Below are positions 1 through 9,064 of a stretch of 64,000 bases of DNA, in pieces. Source of the DNA: an uncultured Chloroflexia bacterium (GTDB taxonomy: Bacteria; Chloroflexota; Limnocylindria; Limnocylindrales; CSP1-4); the NCBI GenBank assembly GCA_963713975.1, contig OY970218.1:160001-224000 (forward strand), read 5' to 3'. The position numbers and the translations under genes were made by a program. The notes under the pieces were generated by a model. It had not been told where the DNA came from and ran no database searches. It was given only the letters and a program-made list of their open reading frames with translations. Numbering within the stretch: the first letter of the stretch is position 1; every line of letters begins with the position of its first letter.

Positions 1-2268
1 GCCGGGGTGCCCGTCGTCGCCTCGGATCTGCCGGGCATGGCGGACGTGGTGCGAGCGTCGGCCATCGGCGTCGTGTGCGACCCGACGAGCCCGGCCGCCA
101 TCGCCGCGTCGATCCGCACGGTGCTGGGACAGCCTGAGGCGGCGCGCGCCGCGATGAGGGCCCACGTGCTGGCCGTCGCGCACGAGCGCTACACCTGGGA
201 GCGCCAGCTGGCAACCCTGTTCGGGCTGTACGAGGAGCTCGGGTTCGGGCCCGTGATCCCGCCTCCGGACGACGCGCCCGCCTCGATCGTCGCCGTCCCC
301 GGCACGGCCACGCAAACGGAGGGCCCGCGGCTCAGGTTCCTGTCGGTTGCGCCGACCGGCCGGGCGCCCGCCGGCGACGCGTCAACGACCCGGATCGTGC
401 TCGACACCGCGTGGACGCCCAGGGAGGAGGACGCTGCCGGTCTCGTGCTCCTGCGCGACGTGGTCGAAGAGATCATGCGCCGGCGGGACCTCATCGCGGA
501 CGCCGCGCGAACCCTCGACGACTGGGCCGAGGCGTCCGGGATCTCGAGCCGCATGGTCCACGAGGGCGTCTCGTTCTGGTATGGGGCCCGGCTGGGCTGC
601 TGGATGTGGGTCCTCGACCAGATCCTGTGGCTCGGGGTCCTCGACCACCTCCTCGCGATGCACCCCGGCACGCGCGTGCTGGAGCTCGACGCGGGCTCGG
701 ACGCGCTCCTTGTCGCCGCGGCCCGGCAGGTCGCGGCACGCGACGGCCTCGTGCTCGAAGGGGCCGGCGCGCTGGCCGGCACCGGGGCCGCCGGGGCCGC
801 CGTCGTCGGGAAGGCGCCGTCCGGCCCGGGCCAGGCTCCGGCGCGAGAGCGAGGAGCAGGCGGCCGCGTCCGCGGAAGGGGACTCGTCGGCCGGATCCGG
901 CGACGGCTCCGGCCGTCCGCGCTGGAGCGGCAGCGGAGGCTCGTCATGGCCCGGGTGGACGCGCTGGCGAGCGACCCGGCCCGACGCCTGCTGGTGGTGC
1001 AGGCCCACGCGCGCCAGCAAATCGAGACGCCGGACGGCCCGCGTCAGTTGAACGTGTACGTCGGGCCGATCCAGGAGCGGCTCCGTGGCTCCGCGCTCGA
1101 CCCGATGGAGGTGGACATCCGGAGCGCGCTGGCGGATCACGGGACATCGGCTCGCCTGGATGGACCCGACGGCGACCGGTACCTGCCGTCGGACGTGCTG
1201 CCGCTGGTCGCGCCGGGCGTCGACGACGCTGGGAGCAAGGCCGCGGCTGCCGCAATGGCCGAAGGCGTGGCGGCGCTCCAGATTCCGATGATGGTGGCCG
1301 GCGTGGACCTGGGCCCGGCGCTCTCCGCACGCGTCGCGGGGCGGATCGCCACGACCCACGCCCGGAGCATCAGGGACACGGCCCGGATCCGGAGCCTGCT
1401 CCGCCGGTTGCATCCGGCCGGCATCCTGCTCGCCGACGAGTACCATCGGCAGGACTGGCTGGCCGCGGCGCTGGCAGAGAGCGTGCCCGTGGCGGCCGTC
1501 CAGCACGGCGTGATCTACCGGTGGCACAACGGCTACATGCACCGAACCAGACCGGACGAGCTTCGACTGCCAGGACGGACGTATGTCTTCGGACCATGGG
1601 AGCGCGACCTCCTCGTCGACACCAGCGTCTACGAGCCCGCCGAGGTCGTGGTCGGTGGCTCGCCCCGGCTGGACCATCTCGGCCCCGTGGAGCCCGACAC
1701 CGCCGCCGTGCGGGAGGAGCTGGGCATCGCGGACGGCGACCGCATGGTTGTCCTGTCCGGGACCTGGGGAGCCATGTACCGCCGCTTCCACTACCCCATC
1801 GCCCTGGCCCACCTGTTCGCGCGACCGCTCGAGCGGGTCCACCTCGTGGTCAAGCTGCATCCGTCCGAGCGGGACGAGGGGCCATATCGCAGGATCGTGG
1901 AGGGCATGGCCGCCGCGGGCGGGTTCGATCCTCCGCCGATCACGGTGGTGAAGGACGTGGACCTGTATCGCCTCCTCGCCGCCGCCGATGCCCATCTCGG
2001 GATCCATTCGACGGTCCTGACGGAGGCCGTCGTCACCGGCACGCCGAACCTCCTGGCGACCGGCCTCGTGGCAGCAGACCTGCTGGGCTACGTGGATGCG
2101 CGGGTCGCGGTCCCGGTGGAGACGCCGGAGGACCTCGTCACGGCGCTGGACATGCCGCGCTCGCAGATCTCGGAGCCGGCCAACCGGGAGGCCTTCCTGC
2201 GCACCCACTTCGAGCCCGGAGACGCCAGCGCACGGATCGCCAACGACCTCCTGGGATGGCTGGCGTGA
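1..2268 (+). CDS. Glycosyltransferase fusion, 5'-truncated: GT4 C-terminus followed by a GT-B surface-polysaccharide/sialyltransferase-like domain
   Basis: Frame is open from the window edge with AGVPVVASDLPG...ERYTWE (GT4 tail). The C-terminal part has VAAVQHG, VKLHP and HSTVLTEA motifs. Stop overlaps the next GTG start. Confidence 0.7.
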   Translation, partial: AGVPVVASDLPGMADVVRASAIGVVCDPTSPAAIAASIRTVLGQPEAARAAMRAHVLAVAHERYTWERQLATLFGLYEELGFGPVIPPPDDAPASIVAVPGTATQTEGPRLRFLSVAPTGRAPAGDASTTRIVLDTAWTPREEDAAGLVLLRDVVEEIMRRRDLIADAARTLDDWAEASGISSRMVHEGVSFWYGARLGCWMWVLDQILWLGVLDHLLAMHPGTRVLELDAGSDALLVAAARQVAARDGLVLEGAGALAGTGAAGAAVVGKAPSGPGQAPARERGAGGRVRGRGLVGRIRRRLRPSALERQRRLVMARVDALASDPARRLLVVQAHARQQIETPDGPRQLNVYVGPIQERLRGSALDPMEVDIRSALADHGTSARLDGPDGDRYLPSDVLPLVAPGVDDAGSKAAAAAMAEGVAALQIPMMVAGVDLGPALSARVAGRIATTHARSIRDTARIRSLLRRLHPAGILLADEYHRQDWLAAALAESVPVAAVQHGVIYRWHNGYMHRTRPDELRLPGRTYVFGPWERDLLVDTSVYEPAEVVVGGSPRLDHLGPVEPDTAAVREELGIADGDRMVVLSGTWGAMYRRFHYPIALAHLFARPLERVHLVVKLHPSERDEGPYRRIVEGMAAAGGFDPPPITVVKDVDLYRLLAAADAHLGIHSTVLTEAVVTGTPNLLATGLVAADLLGYVDARVAVPVETPEDLVTALDMPRSQISEPANREAFLRTHFEPGDASARIANDLLGWLA

Positions 2269-3998
2269 CGGGCAGCATCCTATTCCTGGTCCCCGCTCGC
2301 GGCGGGAGTCGCCGGGTTCCCGGCAAGAACCTGCGCCCGATCGGCGGCATCCCGCTCGTCGGTCGGGCGGTGCGGACTGGCCTCGCCGCGGCGGCCGCGC
2401 TGGACGGGGGCAGCCACCGGGTCGTGTGCAGCACCGATGACGACGCCATCGGCGTCGCGGCCAGGGCCTGGGGCGCCGACGTCCTCCGCCGTCCCGCCGA
2501 GCTTGCGACGGACCGGGCGACGTCGGCCGCGGTCGCCGTGCACGCGCTCGACGAGCTGGAAGCAACGATGGGCCCGATCACGACACTCGTCCTGCTCCAG
2601 CCGACCTCGCCCCTGACCGATCCGGCGGACGTCATCGCGGCCGTCCGGCGCCACCGCGCCGGCGGGGGCGTCGCGGTGACCTCCACCGTCGCGGCGCACC
2701 CGGGCACGTGGCATCACGGATCCGGGGCCGGTGGGGTCCTGACCCCGGCCGGGGCCGTGGACGGCGAGGACCAGCTGCTCGCCGGTGCCTTCTACGTCGT
2801 CGCGGCCTCCGACCTCCGTCGTGACGGCATGTTCGTGGCCCCCGGACGCACGCTGGGCCATCCGGTGCCCGCTTCCCGCGCCATCGACGTGGACGAGGAA
2901 CTGGACCTGCTGGTCGCCGAGGCCGTCCTCGCCGCCCGGCCCGTCCGGCCAATCCACCTCGGCGAGCGGTCGATCGGTGACGGCCCCGTGTTTGTCATCG
3001 CGGAGGCCGGGGTCAATCACAACGGCGACGTCGCACTGGCACGCCGCCTGATCGATGCCGCGGCCTCGGCCGGCGCCGACGCGGTGAAGTTCCAGACCTT
3101 CGATCCGGATGCACTCGCCGCGGCCGGCGCACCGACCGCCGGGTACCAGCGCCGCGCCGGCGTCGTGGCGACCGACCAGCGCGAGATGCTCGCCGCCCTT
3201 GCGCTGCCCCCGGCAGCCTGGTCGGAACTCCAGGCGCACGCCCGGGCCCGCGACCTCGTGTTCCTGTCCACGCCGTTCGATGACGGGTCGGCGGAGCTGC
3301 TGGACCAGCTGGGTGTGCCCGCGTTCAAGGTCGGGTCGGGGGAGCTCACCAACACGCCGTTCATCACGCGGCTCGCGAGCCGCGGCAGGCCGCTGCTGAT
3401 CTCGACCGGCATGGCGGACATGGTGGAGGTCGCAGCGGCGGTCGATGCGGTCCGCGCCGGTGGGGACGTCCCGCTGGCGCTGTTCCACTGCGTCTCGAGC
3501 TACCCGGCGGCCCCGGAGGACGCGAACCTGCGGGCGATCGAGACCATGCGGCGGGCGTTTGGGGTGCCGGTGGGCTGGTCCGATCACACCCCGGGCACCG
3601 AGCTCTCGCTGGCCGCCATCGCCGCCGGGGCGTCGCTCGTGGAGAAGCACATCACGCTCGACCGGGCCCTGCCAGGCCCCGACCACCAGGCGTCGCTGGA
3701 GCCCGAGGAGTTCGGCGCGATGGTCGCCGGGATCCGGGCCGTCGAGAGGGCCCTGGGTACGGGTGCGAAAGCGCCGGTGCCCGCCGAGCTCGACGTGGCG
3801 AGGGTGGCGAGACGGAGCCTCCACTGGACGGTGTCGATGGACGCCGGCCGGGTCGTCGCCCCGGGCGATGTCGCGATCCTTCGCCCCGGAACGGGGATGG
3901 CCCCGGCACGCCTGGACGAGGTCGTCGGGCGACGCACCGCCCGCGCAGTGATGGCCGGGACCGCCGTCGCGCCGCGCGACGTCGAGGGCGGCTCGTGA
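2265..3998 (+). CDS. neuAB: Fused acylneuraminate cytidylyltransferase (NeuA/LegF-like) and nonulosonate synthase (NeuB/LegI-like) with SAF domain
   Basis: PARGGSRRVPGKN, LLQPTSP and IDVDEELD (NeuA) are in one frame with IAEAGVNHNGD, ADAVKFQ, GWSDHT, EKHITLDR and a C-terminal RPGTG (NeuB/SAF). GTG start overlaps the upstream TGA. Confidence 0.9.
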   Translation: MTGSILFLVPARGGSRRVPGKNLRPIGGIPLVGRAVRTGLAAAAALDGGSHRVVCSTDDDAIGVAARAWGADVLRRPAELATDRATSAAVAVHALDELEATMGPITTLVLLQPTSPLTDPADVIAAVRRHRAGGGVAVTSTVAAHPGTWHHGSGAGGVLTPAGAVDGEDQLLAGAFYVVAASDLRRDGMFVAPGRTLGHPVPASRAIDVDEELDLLVAEAVLAARPVRPIHLGERSIGDGPVFVIAEAGVNHNGDVALARRLIDAAASAGADAVKFQTFDPDALAAAGAPTAGYQRRAGVVATDQREMLAALALPPAAWSELQAHARARDLVFLSTPFDDGSAELLDQLGVPAFKVGSGELTNTPFITRLASRGRPLLISTGMADMVEVAAAVDAVRAGGDVPLALFHCVSSYPAAPEDANLRAIETMRRAFGVPVGWSDHTPGTELSLAAIAAGASLVEKHITLDRALPGPDHQASLEPEEFGAMVAGIRAVERALGTGAKAPVPAELDVARVARRSLHWTVSMDAGRVVAPGDVAILRPGTGMAPARLDEVVGRRTARAVMAGTAVAPRDVEGGS

Positions 3999-5182
3999 TA
4001 TTCGCCACGCCTGGCCCGTTGGCAGCGCGGACCATCGCCGTGCTCACGACCGGCCGTCAGGACTGGGGCATCCTGCGCTCACCGTGCGCCGCGATCCGCG
4101 CGGAAGGCGGCCTCGCCCTGGTCCTTGCGGCCGGAGGGATGCACCTGTCGCCTGCCCACGGCCACACCGTCGATGGGATCCGGGCAGACGGCTTCGAGCT
4201 CGATGCCGAGCTGGCGTGGCTGCCGAAGGATGACGGGGCGCCGGACCCGGAGCCCGAGATGCAGGCCGCGCATGCGCTCGAGGCGGTCGGTGGCTGGCTG
4301 CGCCGGACCCGCCCGGACGCGCTCCTGCTCGTCGGCGACCGGCTGGAGACGGCCGCGGCCGCGCTGGGGGCGACGGTCACCGGCGTGCCGCTGGTGCACC
4401 TGCACGGGGGCGAGCAGACGCTCGGTGCCTTCGATGACGCGCTGCGCCACGCGATCACGAAGCTCACCCACCTCCACCTCGTCAGCCACGAGGAGCATGC
4501 CCGGCGGGTGATCGCGATGGGCGAGGACCCGGCAAGCGTTCATGTGGTCGGCGCCCCGGGCCTCGACAACCTCTTCCGGTCGGACCTGCCCGGCCGCCAC
4601 GACCTGGAGGTCATCGCCGGGATCGCGCTCGAGCCGCCGGTCGTCGTGGTCACGGTCCATCCCGAGACGCTGGGTGCAGACCCCGCCGGGGCGGCACGGG
4701 CGGTCGCTTCGGCGATGGACCTCGTGGCGGCCACGTACGTCGTCACGCTCCCGAACGTGGACCCCGGCGGCTCCACCGTGACGGACGTCATGCGCCGGGC
4801 GGTCGCGGCCGGACCGCGTCGGGTCGCCGTGCCGGCGCTGGGCGACCGTGCCTACTGGGGGCTGCTCCGACAGGCCGATGCGATGCTGGGCAACAGCTCG
4901 AGCGGGCTGATCGAGGCTCCCGCCGTCGGCCTGCCCGTGATCAACGTCGGCGACCGCCAGGCGGGCCGACGCAGGGAGCCAAACGTGCTGGACGTGCCCG
5001 CCGACGGACCCGCCGCCGCGGCGGCGCTCCACCGCGGCCTCGACCCGGCGTTCCGCACGTCCCTGCCACCCCTGGACCCGCGCCTGGTCGACGGGCGCGC
5101 CGGCGAGCGGGTGGCCCGTATCATCGCTGCATGGCAACCCCCGCACCCCCCGCGCAAGCCAGCCGTGCGGATCGACCCGTGA
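3995..5182 (+). CDS. neuC: UDP/GDP-N-acetylglucosamine 2-epimerase (hydrolysing), NeuC/LegG
   Basis: Motifs TTGRQDWG, GDRLE, HLHGGE, RHAITKL, GNSSSGLIEA, GDRQAGR; operon context. Confidence 0.92.
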   Translation: MIFATPGPLAARTIAVLTTGRQDWGILRSPCAAIRAEGGLALVLAAGGMHLSPAHGHTVDGIRADGFELDAELAWLPKDDGAPDPEPEMQAAHALEAVGGWLRRTRPDALLLVGDRLETAAAALGATVTGVPLVHLHGGEQTLGAFDDALRHAITKLTHLHLVSHEEHARRVIAMGEDPASVHVVGAPGLDNLFRSDLPGRHDLEVIAGIALEPPVVVVTVHPETLGADPAGAARAVASAMDLVAATYVVTLPNVDPGGSTVTDVMRRAVAAGPRRVAVPALGDRAYWGLLRQADAMLGNSSSGLIEAPAVGLPVINVGDRQAGRRREPNVLDVPADGPAAAAALHRGLDPAFRTSLPPLDPRLVDGRAGERVARIIAAWQPPHPPRKPAVRIDP

Positions 5183-5871
5183 GCCGACCCCTCGTGATCG
5201 CCGGGGTGGGCGAGCACGCGGCGGTCGTGGCTGATGCCGCCGCGGCGGCCGGCTGGCGGCCGATCGGCTGGATCGGACCGGGCGCGGGACGTGGCGCGGA
5301 ACCAGGCGAGGATCCCGGCGCGGGCCGCGACCCCGGCCTTCCGTGGCTCGGGACCGACGAGCAGTTCGCCGCCCGGCTCGCCGCGACGGATCCGGCGGAT
5401 CGGCCCGCACTGGTCCTGGGCTTTGGCGGCCCGGCCGCCACCCGGAGACGTGCGGCCGAGGTTCTCGGCTCCGCGGCGACCTGGGCCACGATCGTCCATC
5501 CGGCCGCCTGGGTCTCGCCCAGCGCCGTGCTCGGGCCCGGCACCGTCGTGCTGGCCGGGGCGATCGTCAACACCGGCGCGGTGGTCGGCGTCCATGCCAT
5601 CGTCAACTCAGGCGCCGTCATCGAACACCACGTCCGCGTCGGGGATCACGCCCACGTCGCTCCGGGCGCGGCGGTCGGCGGCGGGGCAGCCATCGGCGAG
5701 GATGCGCTCATCGGCCTCAACGCCGCCATCCGGGATCACGTCTCCATCGGCGCCGGGAGCACCGTCGGCATGGGGGCAGCGGTCGTCTCGGACGTCCCAC
5801 CGGGCGTGGTGGTCACCGGCGTCCCGGCGAGCGTCGCCACCCCGACCATGGAACGGACGTCGCATGGCTGA
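5179..5871 (+). CDS. neuD: NeuD/PglD-family sugar acetyltransferase
   Basis: LVIAGVGEHA N-terminus, TIVHPAA, hexapeptide repeats and GVPA. GTG start overlaps the neuC stop. Confidence 0.85.
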   Translation: MSRPLVIAGVGEHAAVVADAAAAAGWRPIGWIGPGAGRGAEPGEDPGAGRDPGLPWLGTDEQFAARLAATDPADRPALVLGFGGPAATRRRAAEVLGSAATWATIVHPAAWVSPSAVLGPGTVVLAGAIVNTGAVVGVHAIVNSGAVIEHHVRVGDHAHVAPGAAVGGGAAIGEDALIGLNAAIRDHVSIGAGSTVGMGAAVVSDVPPGVVVTGVPASVATPTMERTSHG

Positions 5872-6901
5872 GAACCTCCAGGGCTGCATCGTCCCTGCCT
5901 CGGGGACCGTCCGCGATGCCCTGGCCGCCGTGGACCGTGGCGCCGCCGGGATCGCGCTGGCGGTCGACGGGACCGGCAGGCTGGTGGGTGTCGCGACCGA
6001 CGGTGACCTGCGTCGGGCGCTGCTGCGGGGGGCCGAGCTCTCGGCGCCGCTGCTGCCGGTGCTGAACAGCCACTTCGTCGCGCTCGGGCGCAACCAGGCC
6101 CGCGCCGACGTCCTCGACCAGATGGTCGCTCGCCACATCGACGCCGTGCCCGTGGTCGACGGCGACGGGCGTCCGGTGGCCCTGCACCTGCTGCACGCGT
6201 TCCTGGAGCCCGTGTCACGCAGGAACTGGGCCGTGGTCATGGCGGGCGGCCGGGGCGCGCGGCTGCGGCCCCTGACGGACACCGTCCCCAAGCCGATGCT
6301 CCGGGTCGCGGGCCGGCCGATCCTCGAGCGGATCGTCCTGCACCTCGCGGGCCACGGCATCCACCGGATCTTCCTGTCCGTGAACTACCTCGCACCCGTG
6401 ATCGAGGACCACTTCGGCGACGGGCGGACGCTCGGCGTCGAGATCGAGTATCTCCGCGAGGAGGAGCCCCTGGGAACCGCGGGCGCCCTCGGCCTCCTTC
6501 GAGAGGCTCCGGACCGGACCATGGTCGTGCTCAACGGCGACCTCGTCACGTCGGTCGACATCGCTGGCCTGATCGGGCTCCACGAGCAGGGAGGGTTCGC
6601 CGCCACCGTCGGCACCCGCCGCTACGTCCACACGGTCCCGTTCGGATGTGTCGAGCGCGACGGCGACCGGATCGTGGGGCTCGAGGAGAAGCCGGCGATC
6701 CACCGCGAGGTCAACACGGGCATCTATGCGCTGGCCCCGCATGTCGTGGGCCTGGTGTCGTCCGGAGAGGCGATCACCATGCCGGAGCTTGTCGGCCGGG
6801 TGCTCGGACGCGGGGAGCCGGTTGGCGCCTTCGAGGTCGAGGACGACTGGGTGGATATCGGGCACCGGGACCAGCTGGCTCGTGCACGGGAGGGCGGCTG
6901 A
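5864..6901 (+). CDS. CBS-domain nucleotidyltransferase (PtmE-like GlcN-1-P guanylyltransferase)
   Basis: CBS pair (TDGDLRR) followed by MAGGRGARLRPLT..PKPML, EEEPLGTAG and NGD. Confidence 0.85.
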   Translation: MAENLQGCIVPASGTVRDALAAVDRGAAGIALAVDGTGRLVGVATDGDLRRALLRGAELSAPLLPVLNSHFVALGRNQARADVLDQMVARHIDAVPVVDGDGRPVALHLLHAFLEPVSRRNWAVVMAGGRGARLRPLTDTVPKPMLRVAGRPILERIVLHLAGHGIHRIFLSVNYLAPVIEDHFGDGRTLGVEIEYLREEEPLGTAGALGLLREAPDRTMVVLNGDLVTSVDIAGLIGLHEQGGFAATVGTRRYVHTVPFGCVERDGDRIVGLEEKPAIHREVNTGIYALAPHVVGLVSSGEAITMPELVGRVLGRGEPVGAFEVEDDWVDIGHRDQLARAREGG

Positions 6902-7896
6902 TGAGCCTGCGAGGCGTTCGGGCACTGGTCACGGGGGCGGACGGCTTCATCGGGAGCCACCTCGTCGAGCGGCTCGTGGAAGAGGGTGCGGACGTCCGCG
7001 CATTCTGCGTCTACAACTCGCGAGGCTCGGCCGGGTGGCTGGACGAGTCCGCCACAACGACCCGCGCCGCCCTGGACATCCGCCTCGGCGACGTCCGCGA
7101 CGCCGGGTTCGTGGAACAGGCGATGGACGGGGTCGAGATCGTGTTCCACCTCGCCGCCCTGATCGCGATCCCCTACTCCTACATCGCCGCCGAGTCCTTC
7201 GTCGACACGAACATCCACGGCACGCGCAACGTCCTCGAGGGTGCCCGGAGCGCGGGCGTCGGCCGCGTCATCGTGACCTCCACCTCCGAGGTCTACGGGA
7301 CGCCGGACGAGCTGCCGATCCGCGAGACGCACCCGCTCAACGCCCAATCGCCGTACGCAGCGACGAAGGTCGCCGCGGACCAGCTGGCCCTCGCCTTCCA
7401 CCGCAGCTACGAGATGCCAGTGGTGGTCCTCCGGCCGTTCAACACTTACGGCCCGCGCCAGTCCGACCGCGCCGTCCTGCCGACGATGATCCGGCAGCTG
7501 CTTGCAGGCCGGGACGAGATCCGGCTGGGGCGCCTGGACACCCGTCGGGACCTCACGTTCGTCGGGGACACCGTCGATGGCTTCGTCCGCGCCGCCACGA
7601 CACCTGGGATCGAGGGGCGGACGATCCAGCTTGGAACCGGACGCTCCGAGACCATCGGCGACCTGTTCGAGATCGCCCGCCGGCTCACCGGCAGCGACGC
7701 CCGGGTGGTCCAGGACGCGGACCGGCTGCGACCCGACGGGAGCGAGGTGCTCGCGCTCCTCTCCGATCCGTCCCTCGCACGTGATGTCCTGGGCTGGGAG
7801 GCAGGAACCGGCCTCGAGGAGGGCATCGCGGCCACCATCGACTGGATGCGGACCCAGCCGGCGCCGTCGACGGATGTCGCCCATGCTCAGCTCTGA
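6901..7896 (+). CDS. legB: NAD-dependent 4,6-dehydratase, LegB-like
   Basis: Motifs TGADGFIGSH, HLAALIAIPYSY, TSTSEVYG, YAATK, RPFNTYGPRQS. Confidence 0.85.
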   Translation: MSLRGVRALVTGADGFIGSHLVERLVEEGADVRAFCVYNSRGSAGWLDESATTTRAALDIRLGDVRDAGFVEQAMDGVEIVFHLAALIAIPYSYIAAESFVDTNIHGTRNVLEGARSAGVGRVIVTSTSEVYGTPDELPIRETHPLNAQSPYAATKVAADQLALAFHRSYEMPVVVLRPFNTYGPRQSDRAVLPTMIRQLLAGRDEIRLGRLDTRRDLTFVGDTVDGFVRAATTPGIEGRTIQLGTGRSETIGDLFEIARRLTGSDARVVQDADRLRPDGSEVLALLSDPSLARDVLGWEAGTGLEEGIAATIDWMRTQPAPSTDVAHAQL

Positions 7897-9037
7897 GCCG
7901 CGGATCCCCCTCGCCGAACCAAGCATCGGCGGCAACGCCCGCGACTACCTCCTGGAGTGCCTGGAGACCAACTTCGTGTCCTCGGTCGGGCCGTTCGTGG
8001 GACGGTTCGAGGAGGCCTTCGCGGCGGCGGTTGGAGCGCGGCACGCCGTGGCCTGTGCCTCGGGAACGGCCGCCATCCACCTGGCCCTCCGGGTGCTGGA
8101 CGTGGGTCCTGGCGCCGAGGTCATGGTCCCCACGCTGACCTTCGTGGCATCCGCGAACCCTATCCAGTACGTGGGCGCGACGCCCGTGTTCGTGGACTCG
8201 GAGGCAGACACGTACAACCTCGACCCGGCCCTGGTGGCCGAGGAGCTGGACCGCCGTGCCCGCACGGGGCAACGCCAGCCGGCCGCCATCGAGGTCGTCC
8301 ACCTGCTGGGCCACCCGGCCGACATCGCCCCGGTGATGGAGGCCGCCGCCCGCTACGAGATTCCCGTGTTCGAGGACGCATCCGAGGCGCTGGGCGCTTC
8401 CTACACCGGCGGCCCGTACGCGGACCGACAGGTGGGAACCATCGGCCGGATGGGCTGCTTCTCGTTCAATGGCAACAAGCTGATCACAACCGGTGGCGGC
8501 GGGATGCTGGTCACCGATGACGAGGCGCTCGCCCGACGGGCGCGTCATCTCTCGACGCAGGCGCGGCTGCCGGGCCGTGCTTACGATCATGACGAGGTGG
8601 GCTACAATTACCGGCTCACGAATGTCGCGGCCGCGCTCGGCCTGGCCCAGCTCGAGGAGCTTGACGACCTGCTGGGCGGGCGGCGGGCGAATGCCGCGGC
8701 CTACGACGCCGGGATCGACGGGCTGCCATGGCTGCGTCCTGCGCCGCGCGCCCAATGGGCGGACCCCTCGTTCTGGCTCTACACGTGTGCGGTGGGCCCC
8801 GAGGGAGGCCCGGGAACCAGGGACCGGGTGCTCGACTCGCTGACGGCCGCCGGGATCGATGCCCGTCCCATCTGGACTCCGCTCCATCGGACCCGCCTGT
8901 GGCGTGATGCACCCCGCATCGGGGGGACGGTTGCCGACGCCATCTTCGAGGTTGCCTTCAGCCTCCCGTCGTCATCCAGCCTGGACGACGCTCGACGCAC
9001 CCGGGTGATCGCCGGACTCGTGGCCGCGGCCGCCTGA
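7883..9037 (+). CDS. legC: DegT/DnrJ-family aminotransferase, LegC-like
   Basis: Motifs VSSVGPFV, SGTAAIHLAL, EDASEALG, SFNGNKLITTGGGG (PLP lysine), GYNYRL. Confidence 0.88.
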   Translation: MLSSEPRIPLAEPSIGGNARDYLLECLETNFVSSVGPFVGRFEEAFAAAVGARHAVACASGTAAIHLALRVLDVGPGAEVMVPTLTFVASANPIQYVGATPVFVDSEADTYNLDPALVAEELDRRARTGQRQPAAIEVVHLLGHPADIAPVMEAAARYEIPVFEDASEALGASYTGGPYADRQVGTIGRMGCFSFNGNKLITTGGGGMLVTDDEALARRARHLSTQARLPGRAYDHDEVGYNYRLTNVAAALGLAQLEELDDLLGGRRANAAAYDAGIDGLPWLRPAPRAQWADPSFWLYTCAVGPEGGPGTRDRVLDSLTAAGIDARPIWTPLHRTRLWRDAPRIGGTVADAIFEVAFSLPSSSSLDDARRTRVIAGLVAAAA

Positions 9038-9064
9038 CCGGCGTTCGCCGCAGCGGCCAACCGC

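Noticed and set aside
411-2264. N-terminal extension of the 1195-aa ORF
   Set aside because: It overlaps the glycosyltransferase in another frame. NeuA motifs begin only after the GTG at 2265.
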